The translations under genes were made by a program, and so were the position numbers. A stretch of DNA of 64,000 nt from Antedon mediterranea (taxonomy: Eukaryota; Animalia; Echinodermata), in contig NC_092676.1 of NCBI RefSeq assembly GCF_964355755.1, forward strand, positions 10,455,888 through 10,519,887, given 5' to 3'. A model generated the notes under the pieces. That model ran no database searches. It saw only the letters and a list, made by a program, of their open reading frames with translations, and was not told where the DNA came from. This document shows, piece by piece, positions 1-11,947 of the stretch (positions are counted from its first letter, which is position 1; each line of letters starts with the position of its first letter).

Positions 1-2154
1 CAGCCCTCTATATAATTTTTGCTTTTTTGACATTCCATAGAAACAAAAACATTGAACAGGGGTAGGCCTACTGTACTCTGTAGGCTAGTCATGCGAAATT
101 CGCAAACAGTTTGTGTGCGAGAAAAACGTCTGTAAAATCATCAATTTCAAATTGTATTTGTTACTTTTTATGTGATTCTTTTTCATAAAAGTGCCAATTC
201 TAAGGTGTGGTATTCAGAATAAATGTTGGGAGTTAAAATACAAGGCAGGTGCGAAAGATAAATATTTGTAATCTTAGGTCTTGGGTCTTAGCTTTCGTGA
301 TCTTAGGTCTTAGGGGGTCTTAGCTTTCGTGGTCTTAGGTTTCGTGACACCCATATAACTGGCCATGTTGATGTTCCTGGTATATCTTCAGTAGAATTTA
401 TCCAATTACAAGTGTGTCATTTGGAGAAGAAACCATCCTAATCAAATAAAACTGCTCTACCATAATACACATAGTTTCATTCTTTTGTTATACCTGTAAA
501 ATGAACCTGATTACCGCCCTTTCACATATTTCAGTTTAGCAAAAATCTGTTGTTTACACACATATGATGGGATACACAATATGTGTAAAGTCAGATCCAC
601 TGAATAGATTGTTTCATTCTTAATGAAGGCGTACAAATACCAGCGGGGCAATGGCGGGAATCCCAATCGGTTTTTTTAAAAATTCAAGTCGGATCCCCAT
701 GGGATTGTACTAATCCCAGCGGGAATCCCGACTATAAATCTTGGTGGGATCCCCGTTGGATTTTACGCAAATCCCAGCGGGATCCCACCGGAAATCCCGA
801 TCGTTTTTTTCTATATAATTCAAGTGGGATGACGATAGGATTGTACGATAAAAATTGCAAGCGAGCAGTGTGGTATCATTAATTCTTGCAACTTCCTCGG
901 TCCGTAATGGAAATTGATTAGTCAAACAGTTTTGGGGCGTGGAACTGAACGTGTCGCAGCCACAGATAAACCATTTGATCTCTGGAGGTCAGCATTATGA
1001 TCTTGTATTTTATGCTGTACATATCAGACTTTAGTGGGTTTGACGATTATCACTGTACGTTACAATTAAAGTTACCAGATTAGCATATACTGTAGTACTG
1101 TATTAGTAACAATTTGCTCAAAACAAGCAAATTGATTCTTACATACCAATTTTCTATTTTTTTTATTATTAACAAAAACTATGAAACTGTATTAGTAGTC
1201 ATAAAATAAACTGTTATTTAACACAATACTAATTTACATTATTTGCATACAATTTGCATATCTAAACTATTTATTTCCACTACCTCATCTATCGACAAAT
1301 CAAAGGATTTAGTACGGGACAGCCAACATACTAACACACAATTGATGAGAGTCTGTTTAGATAAGTGAAACTAGTGCTGTGTCTGAGCTTCTTAATACCC
1401 ATAAAGCAAGATAACCCACAGCAGGGACTCTTTCATTGCAAATAAATTTTTTCAAACATCATGACCAAAATCAAAAAATGGTTTATAGGGTTGTGCTCTA
1501 TTTGAATAAGCTTTGAGGGCCTGAAACACCCCTGTTCATCAATTGACACCAAAGATTATTTATGAAAGCTCTTAACCTTAGCTGCAGATTGCATATAAGA
1601 CGTTTTAGTTTTGTGTCTACAAGCTACATTTCAATTAAAATATAAACATTTATGACTTTAAATAAACAGCGGCCTCATTGAAGAAAATTGTCTAAACTCC
1701 ATGTACTATTTATTGCTTTGGCATGATGTGCCATCTTCAATTCTAAATATTGAATGTTGTTTTTAATAAAATCAATACAGTTAGTTGATATTCAGCTTGC
1801 CAAGTCCCATGGTTTCGTCACTATGAGCAGAGCATCAATCATCTATTTCTGCTTCATGGCCTTAAACACTCTGTCTGAAAGAGAATCCTATTAATGAATA
1901 ATATGATTTAGGTACAGCAGCCCGGGAGGAGGGGGGTGGAAGGGGAGATGCAGCCGACACTTCAAGACATGAGGCACTTGCGCTACCTGTTTTTCTAAAA
2001 ACAGGAGGACTAAAGTAAAGAAGTAAAGAAATATAGAATCATAATGGTTTGCCTCACTTTTTGAAACTTAATAGTGAAACCTATGAAAAATCACCTAGTG
2101 TATGGTACTGTATGTCAAAAAGAAGTGAGTATACAATACCTTCATTCATTTATA

Positions 2155-2239
2155 TCAAATCTTAAATCCCAATTGCCTCATACATTCTTTATGTGCTTCT
2201 ATTAAACTGGAACAGTTTTCTTCGCCTTTCTCCATTATA
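2155..2239 (-). CDS. COX17: COX17 copper chaperone, coding exon 2
   Basis: After the acceptor ttgtag the exon reads (C)[30 protein letters not shown]. This completes the twin CX9C motif, and the phase matches exon 1. Confidence 0.96.
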
Positions 2240-2886
2240 CTACAATTCAATATCAATATATCCTTATTTAGAAGTTAAATAAAGTATTAACACACATTTG
2301 TCAAGGATAAATAAACAATAAATTGTTTTCAGATAAAATTTTGATTCAGCTTATTACTAAAAAAAAAGTGTGGGGGGGGGGGGGAAGGAATAATTTACTG
2401 TATAAATAAAAGTACTACAAAAGGAATTAATGTCTAAATGAATGAATTTGATTCATTCACATATTGCTAAGGCTGAGGTCTGTGATCTAGTTCTACTCGA
2501 CCATTACATCCATCTGTCAACAAATCATTATGGTTTTCTTGCACCTCTGACGTTTTTTGTAATGATTTACTCAACTCTATCCCATAGGCTACTTCAATTG
2601 CTTCTCTAAAAATTCACATCTTAAACTCTTTTTTCTCTTAGTTTTCCACTTTTTATTTCTTTTGTTGAGTGCATTGAGGCTTTGCATAATTAATGCGCTA
2701 TAAGCCCCATTACTTTTTTTATACAGTTGTGGTATTCATTTTTTAAATTATATATCTTTCTTTCTCCATTCTAAATGAATAAATGCCACAAATCACTAAT
2801 CACAGAGGCTGATCTTCAGTTTGGAAATGTATTTATTCTTGGTCCTCAAGCTTAACAGGAAACTGAGGAAATTTATAATAATAATA

Positions 2887-3810
2887 TTACGAGGGTGGTC
2901 CATCCAGCCGAATAAAAATTAACACAAAAAAAACTTTAATTCGTTTCACGAGGAACATAAAAACAAGAAATATTTCTTACAAAAAACGCTGCTCGCTTAT
3001 TGAAAAATATTTTTTATTTCAAATGTTTTTGAATGTGTCATCATTTTATTGTCACATAATAGTTATTTTACCTGAAAAAAATGTAATTTAAAGCAACAAA
3101 TACTTAAATTGTCTGTCAGACAATGGTTTTTGGGTTTCTTTTATATGTGAATAAATATTATAAATATTATACTCAATTTCTGTCACTTTAGTTAATTCTA
3201 TTGCTAAGGTCAAGTCTAGGGGTCACTTCATCACCCTAGATATTTCAAGTGTGAAGTATCCTATTACAAACACAAACTTTCATGGACTGTTTCAATAATA
3301 ATTCAATGAATATCTGACAGTGAATATACCAGAAATGCTTTGGGATTTGTAATTTTAGTATCACATGTCCTAATAGACTCTTTTCCCAGACATAGCAGCT
3401 GGAATCAATAAATTATAGTGGAGTTTCAATTTTCGCAAAACTGTCGTCCTTAGAACTATAACTGCTGCTTGCTTTAGCTTCTGATTGAGTAGTCCTAATG
3501 GGACGTAGCGGGCTAGAGCAGCAGCGTGAAAATGTTATTTCTTATTTTATAGCCATATAGGCTAGGCCTAAATGACCATAACAGCCTCCTCTATAGATCG
3601 CCAAAATTCTTGATGTTCTGTGAGGCCTCCATCATACTTTTATCGGCAGATCTAGCGTTGATTTTCGCGAAGCTAAGCTGAAAATGGATTTCTGAAGGGT
3701 GCTCAATTAATAATTGATTAAAAATAGTTTAATTGAGTAATTTTAAGGGGTGGGTACGAAACTGTATTATTAGCGCCTGATTTTATTTTTAGACACTGAA
3801 GAATGACCCT
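2887..3810. mobile_element. Non-autonomous repeat in the COX17 intron (tentatively Tc1/mariner-like)
   Basis: Starts tacgagggtggt..atccagcc, as at 49321. The segment 3588-3780 recurs at 49556-49835 and, inverted, at 47777-48062. Confidence 0.45.
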
Positions 3811-4151
3811 TTAGTGAACATCTTTAAGTCTAGACTTGACAACTATTTTCGGCTAGAAATGGAATCTAATAGGCACTAGCCTAAACTATTTCCATCAAAC
3901 ATTAAGTGTAAGTGTAAGTGTAAGTGTAGGCCTTACTTATACCCTAGGCAATAGAATAGGTGGTATGTGATACTGATAGGCCTAGTATTATTAAGTTAGG
4001 CCTAGAGAGCCAGCCCTATACTAGCTAGGCTACACAAATGAGGCCTCTGGGGTAGGGTAGGCTATTCATTGTTCAGAATACTCAGACATCAGTCAGGACA
4101 CTCACTACTGCATGCAGAGGCTGAGAGAGAAACTAAAAACTGATGACTTAC

Positions 4152-4252
4152 CAAGCATCTCTGGCTTTTTTAGTTTCCGGACAAGCACAACATGGCTTTA
4201 ATTTTGGTTTGTTCTCTTTTGTTCTTTCAGTATCGTTACATGTATCTGGCAT
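4152..4252 (-). CDS. COX17: COX17 copper chaperone, coding exon 1 (61-aa protein in total)
   Basis: Reads MPDTCNDTERTKENKPKLKPCCACPETKKARDA(C), then donor GTAAGT. KPCCACPETK is the COX17 copper-binding signature. Confidence 0.96.
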
Positions 4253-4335
4253 TATATTTTTGTGCGTTATAAATCAAGTTTTGTCCTCCACTTTTAATTA
4301 ATAGCCTTAGTTAGGTTAGGCAGGGTAGTACAGTG

Positions 4336-6308
4336 GGGATCCAGTCAAGTCGCCCCATCGCAAAGTCGCCCCATACAAAGTCGCCCAATACAAAGTCGCC
4401 CCATCGCAAAGTCGCCCCAAAACAAAGTCGCCCCGGCACAGTCGCCCCATCGCAAAGTCGCCCCATTGCAAAGTCGCCCCATCGCAAAGTCGCCCCAACG
4501 CAAAGTCGCCCCATCGCAAAGTCGCCCACGGTTTTAATCATATTGGTTGCGTTTGATATCGATTGCGTTGTTACTTTGGTCGCGCTAATGTCGTATACAG
4601 TATAATGTTTATCCTATATACATAATTTGTGTTTTAATTTTTATTTTACAGGTTTTAATGGAGTGATGTGCTTTTTAAAAATCATTAAAAAAATAGTCCC
4701 TTGTTTGAAAGTTCTAAAAAGATTATCCATGATTTATAGTTTCGAAAATGTTAATTTAATATGATTTTAAAATTAGTTACCAGAGCCACAATTACGAATC
4801 TTTCTTCAACCTACGCGTGGATACCAGCTAATTTTTTAGGATAATATTATTATAATAAATGTATAAATGTGTAGTAGCCTAGGCCTTCCTATAGATTTAC
4901 AGTAGTTAAAACAATAACAGTGTTGTTAGACAATGAGTGTTATAGCAATAGGCTACTTATTGATCATTTTGCATTTATTGACAAGTCATGTGTCTTAATT
5001 TTATAATGACTTTTCAAAATAAAGAAATAAAAAAAAAAGGATTTCATCGCCGATATGATTGTTTTACATGCAGTAGTAAAATTAAAACGCTACATTTTGA
5101 CCATGGAAAAACCATCGTACAGTATCGTGTGCGTGTTTTGTAAAAAGGGGAATCCCCGACGGTCAGCAGAAAGACGGCGCAGCTCCGATTGGTTTCAGAG
5201 AATGTTTCAGATGGCGAGACGCCTTTCATTCAACAGCACAATGATAATTTTACTGAAGAAATTCTTTTCAACCCTTTTGGTTAGGCATAGAACATTCTAA
5301 TTATCATGCCTAATAAATATCCTCATATCGGGTATTTATTTAATTTTAAATTAAACAAGACCGTGAAGAGGCACGGAATAATACGTACACGGACGTACGA
5401 CGAATACACACACGCACGTCATCATTTACGACATATAGTGGTGATATGATGCAATTTTATAATGGATATAATGATGGAATTGCCTTTCCAGGCTTAATCA
5501 ATTGTTCATTGTAATTATGTATGTAATAGTAAACTGAATGTTTATAAATAAATTGTTTTACGTAATTTGTTGCATATAAAATAAAAGACACAGACGTAGC
5601 CTACGTTTCCTATAAAATATTTCACATTTAAATAATTATGTACTGTTAAATGACATTATGCTGGATAATATTATAATCTTAAACTATGTTTACAAATTAT
5701 TAATATAGGCCTAATAATAATAATACATATTCATCGACCAAAGTAAAAATAATCTAGATCGTATAACATCATTTTATCGCGACCAAATTTAAACGCGACC
5801 GATTTCGAACGCGACTGATATCATCGTAAAACTCCGGCGGGGTTTCCCCATCTTCAGATGGTGCGTTGTAGCGCGACAACGGCGGAGTAATTACGGGGGT
5901 TTCCCTCTGGTAAGCTAGCACGTTAGTGCGACCGCGGAGTGATTAGTCGGGGGCTTCCTCTCTGATGATGGTGGTGCGTGCCGATTGTGTGACCTGAGAC
6001 TACATGGCGGGGCTTCCCCTTTTTATGCCTACACGTTCCGTGTTATTTTGTGTATCATTGCGACATTTTACGCACTTGTAAACTATTTTTTAACGTTTTG
6101 GGGCGACTTTGCGATAGGGCGACTTTGTGATGGGGTGACTTTGCGATGGGGCGACTTTGCGTTGGGGCGACTTTGCGATGGGGCGACTTTGCGATGGGGC
6201 GACTGTGTCGGGGCGACTTTGTTTTGGGGCGACTTTGCAATGGGGCGACTGTGTAAGGGGCGACTTTGTATGGGGCGACTTTGCGATGGGGCGACTTGAC
6301 TAGCATCC
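4336..6308. mobile_element. Non-autonomous TIR DNA transposon (MULE-like) with 16-bp subterminal arrays, copy 1
   Basis: Ends are gggatccagtcaagtcgcccc and ggggcgacttgactagcatcc. Both ends carry arrays of gtcgccccatcgcaaa in inverted orientation. Flanked by duplicated gtacagtg. A second copy lies at 51984-55153. Confidence 0.9.
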
Positions 6309-6548
6309 GTACAGTGTCAGTGACACCAAGACTATCTTTGGTTTATAGGGTCACACGTGAAACCTTGAGGGCAGCACAGTAAATTGATTACGTAATAAGT
6401 TCTTTGGTAAATAACCACCAAAGATCCAGCCAACTTTTTTTTTCCCTAATTTAATTATGTTTTTTTTTTTTAAATAATACGCAAGAAAAAATACCTCAAT
6501 ATATATTAAATTTATATGATGTAATTATAAATAATAAGCAGTCGGGAC

Positions 6549-6591
6549 CAAAGATCGTATAGCGCCACTTTGTGGCGCTATAGTATCTTTG
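6549..6591. mobile_element. 43-bp palindromic micro-insertion (P-element-like ends) in the TAF13 promoter
   Basis: caaagatcgtatagcgccac-ttt-gtggcgctatagtatctttg between exact 8-bp repeats gtcgggac (6541-6548 and 6592-6599). Confidence 0.75.
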
Positions 6592-6747
6592 GTCGGGACT
6601 GCGTCGGTCGGGGGAAGAATAGCCTCTCCCCAGCAGCAGGCGCGCCACACATACATTTTGGAAAGCAGGCTAGCCTCTACGATACGAACCACACACAATT
6701 ATCAATTTGAAATACAGCTATTAAAATATAGGCCTATATATATAACC

Positions 6748-6786
6748 ATGAATAATACTGCCACTGGTGGAGATACGTTAAGTGAA
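6748..6786 (+). CDS. TAF13: TAF13 exon 1 (putative)
   Basis: accATG, reads MNNTATGGDTLSE, then donor GTAAGT. Phase 0 matches the next exon. Confidence 0.7.
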
Positions 6787-7098
6787 GTAAGTTGGGATTG
6801 CTCCATCGCTTATCGGATTAATAATTATAATGTTAATTAAGCCCTAGCTAGGCTAGGCCCTCTACCTAGCCTAGTAGTAGTACTAACTAAGCCTACTAGC
6901 TAGGCCTAGCTAGTTAACATATGACCCGTTGGGCCGCCGACAAGTTGAGCCGCCGGTGATTTATATGAAACGCACAGTGCGCCTTTTACAACATTTCGCG
7001 TAGTGATTACAGTATACTACTAGGCCTAGCTAGGCCTACGTGTATGTAGTGCATAAGTTCATGGTCTTTATTAGGTTTATTGTGTAAAATAATAACAT

Positions 7099-7145
7099 CA
7101 TGGAGTAAAGAATAAGTATATATTATATATATTCTTTACTCCATG
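7099..7145. mobile_element. 47-bp palindromic micro-insertion (CATGGAG ends)
   Basis: catggagtaaagaata...tattctttactccatg between exact 7-bp repeats ataacat. Confidence 0.75.
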
Positions 7146-7747
7146 ATAACATATAGCCTAGCTAGGGCCTAGCTGTATTTGAACCGCCACCGCAACACAA
7201 CAATGGAAAGTAATTTAATGTAATATTTAATTGTAGTTAAAAATTCAGTGCACTTCGTTCGTAATATTTTTCTCGCGTGTAGGCCTACCACTGTTCGTTG
7301 TCTCTCAGGACTAATAAAGTATTGACATTCTTTTCGAATGAGGTTAAAGAAATCGCATGAAATACGAAATATTTTACTAAAAAACATGATTTTATGTAAT
7401 TACTATGTAATTGCCGACTGAGGATGATACGATTATTTTTGGCTATGTTTTAGACCTCTTATATTTCGGAAAATAAAAGTCAGATTTTCATAATTTTATT
7501 GTAATATTTAATAATATATTAAAAACTGTGATAACTTTTTAATATACTGTACATCGTTATCCCTAATATAAATAGAACTTTATTAAAAAGAAACGAGTAC
7601 CGGCGAAAGTTACTACAGTATTTGGCATTTCATAGAAAATGATGTTTTTCTGGAGGTGACTCAAATTGGCCTAATCCTCCTTGAATATTTTTTCTATTGA
7701 CTTTTCTACTTTATAATTTTAACCCTTGTTCATACAGTACTGCGATT

Positions 7748-8413
7748 ATGGGCTCTCTTAACATCTTCATGGGTAAGTGACTTGGTAACAGTTTCTGTAT
7801 GGGCTCTCTTAACATCTTCATGGGTAAGTGACTTGGTAACAGTTTCTGTATGGGCTCTCTTAACATCTTCATGGGTAAGTGACTTGGTAACAGTTTCTGT
7901 ATGGGCTCTCTTAACATCTTCATGGGTAAGTGACTTGGTAACAGTTTCTGTATGGGCTCTCTTAACATCTTCATGGGTAAGTGACTTGGTAACAGTTTCT
8001 GTATGGGCTCTCTTAACATCTTCATGGGTAAGTGACTTGGTAACAGTTTCTGTATGGGCTCTCTTAACATCTTCATGGGTAAGTGACTTGGTAACAGTTT
8101 CTGTATGGGCTCTCTTAACATCTTCATGGGTAAGTGACTTGGTAACAGTTTCTGTATGGGCTCTCTTAACATCTTCATGGGTAAGTGACTTGGTAACAGT
8201 TTCTGTATGGGCTCTCTTAACATCTTCATGGGTAAGTGACTTGGTAACAGTTTCTGTATGGGCTCTCTTAACATCTTCATGGGTAAGTGACTTGGTAACA
8301 GTTTCTGTATGGGCTCTCTTAACATCTTCATGGGTAAGTGACTTGGTAACAGTTTCTGTATGGGCTCTCTTAACATCTTCATGGGTAAGTGACTTGGTAA
8401 CAGTTTCTGTATG
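7748..8413. repeat. Perfect minisatellite, 13 x 51 bp, in TAF13 intron 1
   Basis: Unit atgggctctcttaacatcttcatgggtaagtgacttggtaacagtttctgt. I saw no variants between copies and there are no spacers. Confidence 0.98.
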
Positions 8414-8545
8414 ATCGACGGAATTTAAATTTTTTCGACCAAACCTTAACCCTTTCACTATTATCAGGTTTTATCCAATCATGACTTGATAATTGATGCA
8501 GTATGGTGAAAGTACAGTAGGTACTTTTGGGCCTCAAGTTTATTG

Positions 8546-9519
8546 CGGTCAGTCTAATTACCGAAAATAACCGAAAACAACCCTAAACAACCGAAAACAA
8601 CCACAAACAACCATAAACAACCGAAAACAAACCGAAAACAAAATAAAATAATCTAAATACCGAAAACAAATTTGTATAATATTTTTTTAATGTCGCCCTC
8701 TATTGATGAGTGTTTCTAAATCTTAAGACCATAACAGAGACAAAACCGCGCGCGCAAAAGCCAAGGAAGACCCTACGATGGTAGTGTGCACAAAATACAA
8801 CTAAAAATCGTGCAATCAATCAATGATAACATCGCATTTACTTACAGAATCTATAAAAATATTTTAATTTTAGTCTTTCGATTTTTGATCCAGAAACCAG
8901 CGCATTACTCCTTACAATAATTGTGAATATGTTAATCCATAGTATAGAAAGTAAATTGACTATGGTTAATCATGATCGATTTAATTATAGATTTTCAAAG
9001 ATAATTATACAAAGATACTAGGGACTATAAAGTATACTTAAAACAAGCTCACTATAAAGGATTCACAATAAAATCTATTCAGTAAAATTACTGTAGTCGA
9101 GTAAATAACGTTTTTATCCTTAATCGCTTCAGTATTCACTTAATAAGTGACGAAAACCGGGGACGAAAACGCAAAGTTAGGTAAAATCATGCTTTGTTTT
9201 TGAAAAGACTAAAAATGAAATGTGTTTATAGATTTTGTAAGTACAGGTAAATGTAATCTACGGTGTATTTCATTGAATTTGTACGATTTTGAGTTGTATT
9301 TTGTGCACACTAGCATTTCTTAGGGTCTTCCATGACTTTTGCGCCTCTGTATGGTCTTAGCTTTAGAAACACCCATCAATAGAGGGCAACATTAAAAAAA
9401 ATATTATACAAAATTTGTTTTCGGTATTTAGATTTTAAAAATTTTTTTTTCGGTTTGTTTTCGGTTGTTTGTGGTTGTTTTCGGTTATTTTCGGTTGTTT
9501 TCGGTAATTAGACTGACCC
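8546..9519. mobile_element. Foldback MITE (MULE-like) with long inverted arms and 10-bp subterminal repeats
   Basis: Ends are cggtcagtctaattaccgaaaa and ttttcggtaattagactgaccc. Contains accgaaaaca repeats, arms of about 330 bp, and TSD agtttattg. Confidence 0.88.
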
Positions 9520-10040
9520 AGTTTATTGCATGTTGCAGGCACTGCTGGTCTGGACTATGTATTTATTATGACTGACTGTCAGTACAGTAGGTCTAAAGCG
9601 GTAGCCTACGCCAACCCTAGGCCTGGTTTTAGAGTACCAGTATAACAGTCATCGACACTTGCCTAATAACGTCCAAATGTCTCTTTTCTTTACTTTATTT
9701 TTCTGAACAGTAATAAATGAAGAAGTTTGGAAACTACTGTAGGCTAGGCCTACTGCACCACTAGTATTAATTATTGACATCTTGGACTCGACGAACACAC
9801 TGAAAAAAGTTGATGACAATCATGTTGAAATAACATAGATTCTATTTTGTTTGTTTTATAACTATTTTTATGAAGGACAATCACATAAAAAGTAACATAT
9901 AGACGTTTTTCTTACACTGGTAGAATTGGTACTGTAGAATGTTTTTGTTTCTATGGAGCGGCAAAAGAGAAACTGTAATAGAGGGCTAAAAACTCCACTT
10001 ATTAGTGAAAGTCATGTTAAACTTCTTTTTCTTTACACAG

Positions 10041-10134
10041 ACTGAAAAAGAAGGAACAGGTGTAGAAACAGAACAAAGCGGTGAAAGTTCAACTGAATCA
10101 CAAGATAAGAAGAAGAGAATGTTCTCAAAAGAAT
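10041..10134 (+). CDS. TAF13: TAF13 exon 2
   Basis: Acceptor tttacacag. Reads TEKEGTGVETEQSGESSTESQDKKKRMFSKE, then donor GTAAGT (phase 1). Confidence 0.92.
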
Positions 10135-11144
10135 GTAAGTTGACATCAATTATCAGTCAGTCAGCAACACAGAATATTAAATTTGGCCAACGTTTGTCGC
10201 AAATGTCAATTAGTCTTGGGCTACGATCACACTACAGCCCCAAGCCTGGCGCGATTCACCGCGATTGAGATTTTTTTAGTGTGACCGATCGTGGATCCAT
10301 TTCAATCCAGGCAACTCAACCCAGACGCGGTAACCAGATTGACCCTGTATTGACCTTAGTGTTACCGGGATTGTCATTCTTTTTTGGAATCTGGCCAATC
10401 ACAGCCATCAACTCTGTGTTTTTTATTGGAAATTTTAGTGGATGGATATCACCGGCATTTTGTACGCTGTGCATTGCCATCTAGTGAATAGTGATTGAAT
10501 TGAAGACGAATTTAGAATAGGCTAGCCTACTATTATTAGACAGGATGCCGCCTCTGTCTGGGACAGGCCTAGACCTATATTAATATTATCCTTGCGATCA
10601 GTAGATTACATATATATTTTAAATTTAAATCATCTACAATAACAAAAAAAAATGCATAGGCCTAGTGAATTCTAAATAAAAAATAAATAAAAAGTATGTA
10701 CCGTACTACAGATTGGCTCACATAATTTATTTAGCTAGCCGACTGATTTCCGGTTAACCAAACACAATTTGAATAGTGTGACCGCCCAATAAACTCAAGC
10801 CTGGCTTGAAATCTCAATCGTGGTGAGTCGTGCCAGGCTTGAGGCTGTAGTGTGACCGTAGCCTTACATTCACATGTAATGGACGAAACACCTTGGTTGG
10901 TTGGTCCTATCATTGATCAAGTGCTTTTGTCATCCATTGCCTACCGTGACCAGAGCCAATACATCTATTCATACTATCATCATCATGCTATTTATAATTT
11001 ATAGCTCCATGGTCTGACTATATTCAGGAGCTGCCATTTTTCAAACAAGGATTAGCACAACCTAAATAAAACTTAAAACAAAACTTAAAACATAAAATAA
11101 ATTGATATATTCATTCAATATTGACTTTATTGTTTGCATTTCAG

Positions 11145-11242
11145 TACGGTGCATGATGTACGGGTTTGGAGATGATCAGAATCCATACACAGAATCTGTT
11201 GATTTACTTGATGACCTTGTCATGGAATTTATAACAGAGATG
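11145..11242 (+). CDS. TAF13: TAF13 exon 3
   Basis: Reads LRCMMYGFGDDQNPYTESVDLLDDLVMEFITEM, the conserved TAF13 histone-fold segment. Bounded by tttcag and GTATGT. Confidence 0.97.
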
Positions 11243-11947
11243 GTATGTGTAACCCTTCTTGTTCCAAAAAAATAATAAAACTCTGATTCCAAATGAATTT
11301 ATATTTGTTCCGGAGTTTACTCCAATTGATGTTGTATTTATTGTGAAACATACATACATGTATACAACATAACTAACATACATCGATTAAAACAATACAA
11401 TATGGTATTAAAATTCCTATTAAAACAGGTAACTCTTGATCTCAAAATAATCCAAAATTCAATATAAAACACATTAATGCTTTATCACTTTATAATACAT
11501 TTACTAAGCCTAACATATTCCTTGGAATATCTTTAATACAAACGTATCATACAGTACTAGATCAAGAGTGTAATAACATTTCAAACAAGTGTACATAATA
11601 GTTAATACCCTATGAGTCATCATTCGTTCATAAGAATTGCTAGCATACACTAGGGTCTAATTACACTTAAACGTTCACCCTGTTAATATTGGACTATTTG
11701 ATTTTGAGACATTTTTCGTGATCACTAATCAATAAGCAATTATTAATGGTCTAAAATAATATCAAGATGGATCATCGTAACTAGGTGGTAGCTTTTCGTA
11801 TAAGCAATGGCTTCTAATAATTAATCAAAATTTGATGTATCACTAAAATAATAATAACAAACAGTATTAAGTACACTGTAATTAATTATAATCACTGCTA
11901 AAATAATTTGGAACCTTACTTTTAATGTGTATACTGTAGGTAGCATA

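Noticed and set aside
620-950. ORF 710-925 and repeated gggatccc motifs
   Set aside because: Looks like a subterminal region of a degraded transposon; no protein similarity or defined ends.
4311-4605. ORFs with WGDFAMGRL / KSPHRKVAP repeats (also 5985-6306 and 51986-52211)
   Set aside because: These are translations of 16-bp subterminal transposon arrays.
6328-6343. caagactatctttg as another P-like footprint
   Set aside because: The ends resemble the family but there is no flanking duplication.
7711-8458. Three long ORFs (210-242 aa) or a CRISPR-like array
   Set aside because: The ORFs are a by-product of a 51-bp unit lacking stops in three frames. Identical units with no spacers and no cas genes in a eukaryotic intron are not CRISPR.
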